NCBI GenBank assembly: GCA_044226015.1
Contig: JBGAHS010000006.1
Coordinates: 192,001-256,000 of the forward strand
Length of the DNA: 64,000 nucleotides
From: Candidatus Obscuribacteraceae bacterium
GTDB taxonomy: Bacteria > Cyanobacteriota > Vampirovibrionia > Obscuribacterales > Obscuribacteraceae
Direction: 5' to 3'
This document shows positions 56,840 through 64,000 of this stretch, piece by piece; position 1 is the first letter of the stretch; the number at the start of each line of letters is the position of its first letter. Below the pieces are notes generated by a model that searched no databases, had not been told where the DNA came from, and saw only the letters and a list, made by a program, of their open reading frames with translations. The translations under genes and the position numbers were made by a program.

Positions 56840-57050
56840 CTGCGCTGGAGATGAGAGGAATGAAAAAGGTCATAGTCCAGCATGAAATACGCTGGCATTA
56901 TTAATGACCCTAGCAGTGACTATGGTTAATTCCACTTCTACTCTAAACAAATTATATTTAGAGACGAAATTATTAATCAAAAGCTCTTTCATCAGGCTGC
57001 GCTTCCGCGTTGCTGTGGATCTGCTTATCTTTAAGTGCTGGAGAATCAAA

Positions 57051-59801
57051 ATGATCGAAATGGAATCATCCACCGACCCTCGCGAACACAAGTGGAAAAG
57101 TTATTGCGAGAAAGCCTCCGAAGGAGAACACGTAAATCAAGAGTCAGAGACCTCCAGTCCTTTTCAGATTGGGGCAGCGTCTGCGTTAATTGTTTGCGGA
57201 GTAATTCTCCCCGTCTTTGCTATCACCTTTGGTGCCATCTATTCCTTCGAGGGCATCTGGCGACTTACTATTTTGCATCCCCTTGAAACACTATTAGAAT
57301 CGGCATTGATTTGCTCCGTGCCATTTTCCAATTTTATGGCATGGCATGCCTACTGCAAGAATGACCTCCGCCGCCCAATCAGAACAGGAATTCTCAATGG
57401 AATAGCAATTGCAGTGCCAGCGTTGACGCTGTCTATTTCAGTAGCAGCACTTGCTCTAAACTATCCCCTAATTGACACCGTAAATCAAACTCGTCACGAT
57501 CTGAGCATTGGTTTGATGGGATTGGTTTCGCTATGTTCAATGCTTAGCGCGATGTACATCACGCATAAATTGCGACAGGCAAAACAAACACGCGATGCAA
57601 AATGGAGAACAATTCTGTATTCCATGTTGGGAATTGGGCTTACCTTAGTTTCATTCCTGGGAGCCGAAGCCCGATCGACCTACATAAGAGTCGCTCAAAA
57701 CCTAGCTCTTTCCGATGACAACACAGAAAGAGAACATGGACTCAAGATGCTTCGAGAATCAGGGCCAGAGAAAGAGCTTAAAATCATTTGTGCAGATCCG
57801 CATGCTGCCGGGCTAGCTGGAATGTTCCTACCTCTCAACACAGATGCGCAAAGAAGGCTGTTTTTCGCTGGAACAGGCAAGCCGTATAGGGACGAAAAAA
57901 GCACGGACATCAGTCTCATGTCGAATGACTATTTGAGAAACCATGTTGTCGGCACAGCTGTTGAAGGACTTTCACTACATCGCTCAGCAATCTTTGGTGT
58001 TGTTCACCCTGAAACGCTAACGTCCTCACTGACATGGACTTTTGTGTTCAAGAATAAAACGTACGTGAATCAGGAAGCACGTGCCGAAATCTCCATTCCC
58101 GAAGGTGCCGTACTTTCAGGACTGACGCTGTGGATAAATGGAAAACCCAGACCGGCAGTTTTTAGCTCAACCGACGCGACAGTCATGAGTTCTGTCAATT
58201 TCGTGAGTCAGCAAGACAAGACACCGGCACTTGTAACCGACCTGGGACGCGGACGCTATTTACTCTCCGCATCGCCTATTCCTGGTCAGCAAGAACTTAA
58301 GGTACAAGTAAAGCTTACGCAGCCTCTCAAGCTTGACGGCGCTAACCATGCTGCTCTCGGCATGCCTCGGTTCATCGATGAAAACTTCGCTTTGCAAGGA
58401 CAGCATAGTCTGACCTTACGCTCAACTGCAAAACTTACAAGCGAATTACAATCGATAAAAACTACACAAACCGCTGATGGTGCGCAAATACTATCGGGCA
58501 CACTTTCTCAAGAAGACATAAGCAAAACAGCTTTTTCAGTAAAACTAGACAAACCAATCACCTTCGCAAATGTTGCAATGCTCGATCCATATAATCGCAA
58601 TATGCGATTTCTTGTCGAACAATTAAAAACACGTTCAGTCAAAGCACCAAAGCATCTCACAGTTGTTGTTGATTCATCAGCAGCAATGGAAAATCGGAAG
58701 AACGAAGTAGTTGAAGCACTCAGTAAGATGCCAGCCCAAATTGATGCAAGATTGATGATTGCTGGTGATAAGGAAAACGAATCCACATACACACTGGATG
58801 AGGGCATCAAGAAACTCAAGTCGAACAATTTTACGGGTGGACAAGACAATCTTTTCGCTCTGGTCAAAGCAGCCGAGAAAGCTGGTGAAAGTAGTGGCGG
58901 AGCGATACTCTGGATTCACGGACCTCAGCCAGGTTTCAACAACGAAATGTATACAATGTCACCATATGCGAGCGCTCCGGCGTTTTTCGAAATAGCACTG
59001 GATGATTGTTTAACGAATACGAATGAATTCTTCAAGAATCACTCAGAGATTGGTCCCTTCGAAGCAGTCTCAAGAAGCGGATCTCTCAAAGATGACCTCA
59101 AATCATTCCTGTCGAAATGGGAGCCAGGCGCAGCCGAAACCTACATTGACGTGGTCGCTGAGTCAACTCCGCCATCGCAAATCAACGTATTAACAGACGC
59201 TGCGATTGCATCGGAAGTAGCAACACTAAACGCCGCAAAGAGAATCAAATCTCTTCTGGCACAAAATAAGAATATGGAAGCAGCTGAGCAAGCAATTCGC
59301 TACCAGATTGTGAGTCCAATTAGTGCGGCAATGGTTTTGAACAACGCCGCCGATTACGGAAGGATTGGTCTAGCACTTAACGGACAAGACAGTCCGAAAG
59401 CTAAACCAACACAAACGCAGACAGACGAAGTCGCTAGCACTGACGCATTCCAAAATGCCGCACCATCGCTCCAAGGAGCAACAAGCGGAACTGTTCTAAA
59501 CAACGACAACACTGTAATTATCTCAGGAGTTAACACAGCCGGAACAGTCAGAGTAAACAATCTTGCAAATCTCGAAGCACTTCTGAACATAGGCTCAAAC
59601 TTGACTGAAATATTCGGTCTGGCTCTGGGCACGGTCAATGTGGTCTTCGGATTCATGAATCGCGCTGTAGTGTTCCCGTTCCGAATGTCGCCTCGCCTGC
59701 GCATCGCATTTGGTATCGCTATAGGTGTTGCAGCAGTCACAGTTCCGGGATGCATGAACTGGCTAGTGTCTTCTGCAAGAGATGCGAATCTGTTTAGCTA
59801 G
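57051..59801 (+). CDS. Polytopic membrane protein with VIT domain, vWA-like region and C-terminal pilin-like hairpin
   Basis: N-terminal TM helices; WTFVFKN..QEARAEISIPEGAVLSGLTLWINGKPRPA (VIT); VVVDSSAAM (vWA-like); GGAG RBS before 57051. Confidence 0.82.
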   Translation: MIEMESSTDPREHKWKSYCEKASEGEHVNQESETSSPFQIGAASALIVCGVILPVFAITFGAIYSFEGIWRLTILHPLETLLESALICSVPFSNFMAWHAYCKNDLRRPIRTGILNGIAIAVPALTLSISVAALALNYPLIDTVNQTRHDLSIGLMGLVSLCSMLSAMYITHKLRQAKQTRDAKWRTILYSMLGIGLTLVSFLGAEARSTYIRVAQNLALSDDNTEREHGLKMLRESGPEKELKIICADPHAAGLAGMFLPLNTDAQRRLFFAGTGKPYRDEKSTDISLMSNDYLRNHVVGTAVEGLSLHRSAIFGVVHPETLTSSLTWTFVFKNKTYVNQEARAEISIPEGAVLSGLTLWINGKPRPAVFSSTDATVMSSVNFVSQQDKTPALVTDLGRGRYLLSASPIPGQQELKVQVKLTQPLKLDGANHAALGMPRFIDENFALQGQHSLTLRSTAKLTSELQSIKTTQTADGAQILSGTLSQEDISKTAFSVKLDKPITFANVAMLDPYNRNMRFLVEQLKTRSVKAPKHLTVVVDSSAAMENRKNEVVEALSKMPAQIDARLMIAGDKENESTYTLDEGIKKLKSNNFTGGQDNLFALVKAAEKAGESSGGAILWIHGPQPGFNNEMYTMSPYASAPAFFEIALDDCLTNTNEFFKNHSEIGPFEAVSRSGSLKDDLKSFLSKWEPGAAETYIDVVAESTPPSQINVLTDAAIASEVATLNAAKRIKSLLAQNKNMEAAEQAIRYQIVSPISAAMVLNNAADYGRIGLALNGQDSPKAKPTQTQTDEVASTDAFQNAAPSLQGATSGTVLNNDNTVIISGVNTAGTVRVNNLANLEALLNIGSNLTEIFGLALGTVNVVFGFMNRAVVFPFRMSPRLRIAFGIAIGVAAVTVPGCMNWLVSSARDANLFS

Positions 59802-59823
59802 TTCATTCAATCGCCCTTTAAAC

Positions 59824-59862
59824 AAAAGAGAGCCTGAGATTTTCGGGCTCTCTTTTCTTTTG
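59824..59862. terminator. Bidirectional intrinsic terminator
   Basis: AAAAGAGAGCCTGA/TCGGGCTCTCTTTT followed by a T-tract, between convergent genes. Confidence 0.85.
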
Positions 59863-59988
59863 AAACAAGTATCGCAAAGTTCTTAGTCCTTCAAATTATA
59901 GAAAAGTTCTCCTTCTTTTGTTGACAAACTAAGCGCGAAACCGCCTTGAACAGCAGTTTTATCACGCATAATTTATGGATAATCAAAG

Positions 59989-61272
59989 CTAGGTATCGGT
60001 ACAAAAACTCTCGAACGAATCTAGCCAGTAGGGAGCAGCTGGGTCCAATTGAAATTCGCTTTTTACACCTTCAGCACACAATTGCTCAATAAACGAACTC
60101 AAAAATTCAGGCGAGCATTTCTCACGCACGTATTCGATCGCATTTCTTCCGATGCTAGCAAGCGTTTCTCGATCAGCTAAAAGTCTCAGGATCTCCGTAG
60201 CGAGGACTTCGCTATCCTCGGGAGCAACTAGCCAGCTATTTTCGCGGTGAGTTAAGAACTCGCCTAAACTGCCAATGTTCGATGTGATCACTGTTCCACC
60301 AGCAGCCATTGACTCCAGCACATGATACATACACCCACAATAGCGAAAGGGGTAGACGACGAGATCCGCCTGCCTTGCAAGACGGACACGCGAGCCCTCA
60401 TCGAGTGGCTTTAGTATTTCAACTCTAGACCGAGCATCGTTGTCTAGTTCATTCAACACAGATTCACAGTAAGGATGTTTCTCGCCAAACGAGGGTGGCG
60501 TCTCGCCGGCAAAAACGAAGCGAACTTGCGAATTCTTTTGTAATATCGCAGGAATTGCTCGCATCAAGATGTCGAAACCTTTGTACCTCTCAAGCGTACC
60601 TATGTAGGCAACAATTGGTGAGCCTTCAAGATGCAGGTGATCAAATTGCGATACGGCATGCGTCACATTCTTTTCCACAGACTTCAAATCGATCGGATGC
60701 GGATAAACGGACATTTCCGATTCAATTATTTTTGCGGTTTGTGAAATAGCATTTCTAACATCAGCGCTAGGGCAGCTGATCTTAGCCATAGAGCGCAAGG
60801 CACTGACCTCCATTGCAGTAACCATCGCAACATCGGCAGGACTGAATTGCTGATCGAAATTCAGTCGCATAATCTCAAAATGAGGTGTCACGCTCAGAAG
60901 CACGACAGGTGCCGCGCCTTCCTTTACCCAAACAAGTCCATCGAGAGCCTTCACGCAGATGATAGCATCAGGAGAAAAGGTAGTAATGTCATCTGCAAAC
61001 TGACGCTTTAGTTCTACTGACCTTGAAAGAAGCCATGCTGAGACTGGAAAGGAATTGAGCTGATAAAAGCGTTCATACCGATGGAGCCCATCTGTTCCAG
61101 CACAATGCAGATCATCATCAGATGCGATATCAGCTTCGGTCGCCACCAAAGTGAATACTTTAACAAAATGACCTCTTTGGCGAAGACCTTTAACAATCAG
61201 CTTGAAGAATGAGCTGGTGACTACATCGAGTTCATCACCAGAATAGTAGTTTGTTATAAACGCAAGTTTCAA
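59989..61272 (-). CDS. Glycosyltransferase family 4
   Basis: YIGTLERYKG, VLESMAAGGTVITSNIG; TTGA overlap with the GT2 gene. Confidence 0.88.
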   Translation of the reverse strand: MKLAFITNYYSGDELDVVTSSFFKLIVKGLRQRGHFVKVFTLVATEADIASDDDLHCAGTDGLHRYERFYQLNSFPVSAWLLSRSVELKRQFADDITTFSPDAIICVKALDGLVWVKEGAAPVVLLSVTPHFEIMRLNFDQQFSPADVAMVTAMEVSALRSMAKISCPSADVRNAISQTAKIIESEMSVYPHPIDLKSVEKNVTHAVSQFDHLHLEGSPIVAYIGTLERYKGFDILMRAIPAILQKNSQVRFVFAGETPPSFGEKHPYCESVLNELDNDARSRVEILKPLDEGSRVRLARQADLVVYPFRYCGCMYHVLESMAAGGTVITSNIGSLGEFLTHRENSWLVAPEDSEVLATEILRLLADRETLASIGRNAIEYVREKCSPEFLSSFIEQLCAEGVKSEFQLDPAAPYWLDSFESFCTDT

Positions 61273-62168
61273 AACCAGGCTCTCTTCTTTCCGGAGGCAT
61301 TCATCTTGGCTTTCATTTCCTCGTGCACTTTCGTGAGTTCCTCATGGTCGGCGAGCAGCTGGACATAACGGTCTTCAATTTCGTGGTAAGCAGAATAAAT
61401 CTCCTGGTAGAGATCTTGAAGTTGGAAGTATTTGCCCTGCATCGTCTCCAAGATAACTGGCAGATTTTTCGAGTAAGATTCCGCATGATAGCGGGCAAAG
61501 CTTGCTAGTGATTTCTCTCGGTTAGACTTTGATTTGCCTCGCGCATGCTTTCGATATTTGTACATAGGCTTCTCTATGCGCCGAAACCGCACCCCTTGTT
61601 CTAGCAGAGAAAGCCACAACTCATCATCGTCATGGTAAACATCTTCTTTATAGCCACCGACTTTTTGGTGGAGTTCTCGTTTGTACAAGAATGTAGTCGG
61701 TGAGAAAACACCAGACAGAATATTCACGATTGTACAGTCAGGCGTAAACACAAAGCTGTGTTCCCCAAAAACCTGAGTAAGGGTGTAGACGCCTCCCAAA
61801 TCTGGTGCACGCTGCAATTCCTGCAAAGTTTCACTGACATATTCTTTATCGATCAAATCATCGGAGTCGAGCGGAACGATTAATGAACCGTTAGCAATCG
61901 CAATTCCCGCGTTCTTAGCGGCGGCAGAACCGAGATTGCGCTCTTGCTTGACCAGTTTAACCTTTCCTAGCAGCTGACAATCGTTCAAAATCTCAGTGGC
62001 AGGGCGGGGACCAGCGTCGTCAACAACTATAACTTCGCATTTAGGATACGTTTGCTCAAGTGCCGATTTTACAGCCTCCGGCAAGAACTGAGCATGATCA
62101 TAAAACGGTATAACTATCGAAACGACTGGGTCTTCTAGCATTTCGAGTCCTCTAACGTACTTTCGCAC
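61269..62168 (-). CDS. Glycosyltransferase family 2
   Basis: VSIVIPFYD, EVIVVDD, AKNAG, PLDSDD. Confidence 0.93.
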   Translation of the reverse strand: MRKYVRGLEMLEDPVVSIVIPFYDHAQFLPEAVKSALEQTYPKCEVIVVDDAGPRPATEILNDCQLLGKVKLVKQERNLGSAAAKNAGIAIANGSLIVPLDSDDLIDKEYVSETLQELQRAPDLGGVYTLTQVFGEHSFVFTPDCTIVNILSGVFSPTTFLYKRELHQKVGGYKEDVYHDDDELWLSLLEQGVRFRRIEKPMYKYRKHARGKSKSNREKSLASFARYHAESYSKNLPVILETMQGKYFQLQDLYQEIYSAYHEIEDRYVQLLADHEELTKVHEEMKAKMNASGKKRAWF

Positions 62169-62243
62169 TTTATCAAAGCGAATTCACATGGACATTAGCC
62201 GCTTGTTATTCAATCAAATGATGCAATCTAAGATAATTAGACT

Positions 62244-63710
62244 ATGAAAATCGGCATCATTAGCACAGTTTATCCCCCAGAGGGAACAAGTGGTGGAAAC
62301 GCCGCCTTCTTCTATGAACTTGCCAATGCACTTGTCCAGCAGGGTCACGAGGTTTTGGTGGCGACGCTTACAAGTGGGGAGTCAAGAATTGAGGAAATCA
62401 GGGGAGTTCGCGTTGAGCGAGTCAAATTTGATTCATCTGATTATTTCAATTTCAGCCTCATGCCGTGGCTAGCTGGACTAGCATGGAATCTGCCTCGAGC
62501 TGTTGAACTATACCGCAAGCTAAAAGCTGCGGTAGATGCTTTTGCACCGGATGTCATAGAGTGCGTAGACAATGGCTTTGAGGGACTGTTCTGGTCGATT
62601 GACTCTAGCTACCCACTCGTACTCAGAAGTGTCTGCCCACAGTTTCACACCATAAACCTTGGGTTTCATCAACAAGACCTCGTCGACAAAGAATTGGTTT
62701 GCGCACTGGAAGTCATGGCTTTGCGATGTGCAACGTCAATCACCACGCCGAGTCGCAGTATGGCAAATATCATTGCTACGGAATCTGGCATCGAAATCGA
62801 TTCTATAAAAATCATTCGCAATCCACTATCACTCAACGACATGATTTCGGAAGAGCGTGCCGACTCGGATAACCGCTTAGCTGGCGAACTCAAACTGCTA
62901 TACATTGGCAGGATTGAGAAACTTAAGGGTTGTGACATTCTGGTAGAAGCACTACCCGCAGTACTAAAAGCATTCCCCCTTACAAAGGTTCAATTTGTCG
63001 GTTCTCCAAGTCCGATTCCAGGCACAGACGTGACGTTTGCGGACATTTTGAAGGTTCGCCTGACCGAACTAGGAGTGCTCGACCACTGTTCTTTCACTGG
63101 AGCAGTTCCACGAGAACAACTTGGTCAATTCACTAGAGAAGCCGATATCTGCGTGTTTCCTTCGAGATATGACAGCTCACCATACGCATGCCTGGAAGCA
63201 ATGTCTAGAGGAGCTGCCGTGGTCGCGTCAAACGCGGGCGGTATACCTGAGTACATCGAGGACGGTTTATCGGGTATCTTATTCCAGTCGGAAGACTCGG
63301 AAGATCTCGCAATAAAAATCATTGAGTTGGGAAATAACCAGGCTCAGCTTAAGCGAATTCGCTCATCAGCCTCTGAACATGTTAGAAAATTGTGCGCACC
63401 AGAAGTGGTGGCAAAGCAAAGCGTTGAGCTTTATGAGCAGACAATCAAACGGCATAAAGAAAGGTCGCCACAAAACAAGAATCATACAGACAGTCAGGAC
63501 TTCGTCCTGTCGCATTTGTTCAAAGCATTCGATGACTGGAGAACAGAGCCTTACCTTCGTAAGCTTATAGATGAGAAAATCTCCTATACCTGGCAAGAAG
63601 GCTACAAACAGGGGTTCAATGACGCGCGCAAGCAACTATCGATTCGCAATCGTCTGGTAAATAAGCTCAAACGCACTATCGGGATTAACCAGTCCAAATT
63701 GGACAAGTGA
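62244..63710 (+). CDS. Glycosyltransferase family 4
   Basis: ISTVYPP..SGG, YIGRIEKLKG, FPSRYDSSPYACLEAMSRG. Confidence 0.92.
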   Translation: MKIGIISTVYPPEGTSGGNAAFFYELANALVQQGHEVLVATLTSGESRIEEIRGVRVERVKFDSSDYFNFSLMPWLAGLAWNLPRAVELYRKLKAAVDAFAPDVIECVDNGFEGLFWSIDSSYPLVLRSVCPQFHTINLGFHQQDLVDKELVCALEVMALRCATSITTPSRSMANIIATESGIEIDSIKIIRNPLSLNDMISEERADSDNRLAGELKLLYIGRIEKLKGCDILVEALPAVLKAFPLTKVQFVGSPSPIPGTDVTFADILKVRLTELGVLDHCSFTGAVPREQLGQFTREADICVFPSRYDSSPYACLEAMSRGAAVVASNAGGIPEYIEDGLSGILFQSEDSEDLAIKIIELGNNQAQLKRIRSSASEHVRKLCAPEVVAKQSVELYEQTIKRHKERSPQNKNHTDSQDFVLSHLFKAFDDWRTEPYLRKLIDEKISYTWQEGYKQGFNDARKQLSIRNRLVNKLKRTIGINQSKLDK

Positions 63711-64000
63711 TATATTGCCCGGTTGTCGCATGCCATTGGAAATATTCTGTGAAACCAAAAACACTAACATACGCACTCAAGAGCTGCTAAAGTATTCAGT
63801 CGAAGCTAGCGCAGCGTAGGCGCAGTGCCTGGACAAAATTGGGGAACTGTTGTGTCGAAATTTCTAGTCATCTGGTCACTTAAGTCTAAGTATGCATCTA
63901 AAGAAGGTGTGTCAAGTATTCTGTCCATGCCAGATTATGCAAAGCGACTCATGCAAACTGGAAAACTTGATCAGCGCTATCATATTCCCGGAAGCCATGG

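Noticed and set aside
63711..64000. Possible gene end or promoter at the window edge
   Set aside because: Too short to assign; the minus-strand TTGACA has no correctly spaced -10

Overview
Gene-dense bacterial chromosomal window with no rRNA, tRNA, CRISPR array or intact mobile element that I can recognise. The gene content (six Hanks-type Ser/Thr kinase genes, tandem PilT ATPases, glgX, fabH, several GT4/GT2 glycosyltransferases, many long hypothetical proteins with low-complexity N-termini) resembles Melainabacteria/Obscuribacterales genomes; this taxonomy is inference only. Main points for follow-up: (1) a spermidine-synthase-like domain fused through an internal TM/signal-like segment to a Gly/His/Trp-rich module and coupled to a FemAB/FemX aminoacyl-transferase (33002-36735); (2) two adjacent large cell-wall hydrolases lacking signal peptides (46390-51900), part of a wider set of leaderless extracellular-type enzymes; (3) a VIT-domain membrane protein ending in a VirB2/TrbC-pilin-like hairpin (57051-59801); (4) an unannotated, highly paired RNA candidate behind a sigma70-like promoter (11917-12115); (5) a NemR-type double operator in front of a small ORF and a quinone oxidoreductase; (6) a 12-codon leader ORF upstream of an ABC exporter; (7) a pseudokinase and a pair of inverted-architecture kinases. 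All calls come from motif reading by eye; no database searches were run.
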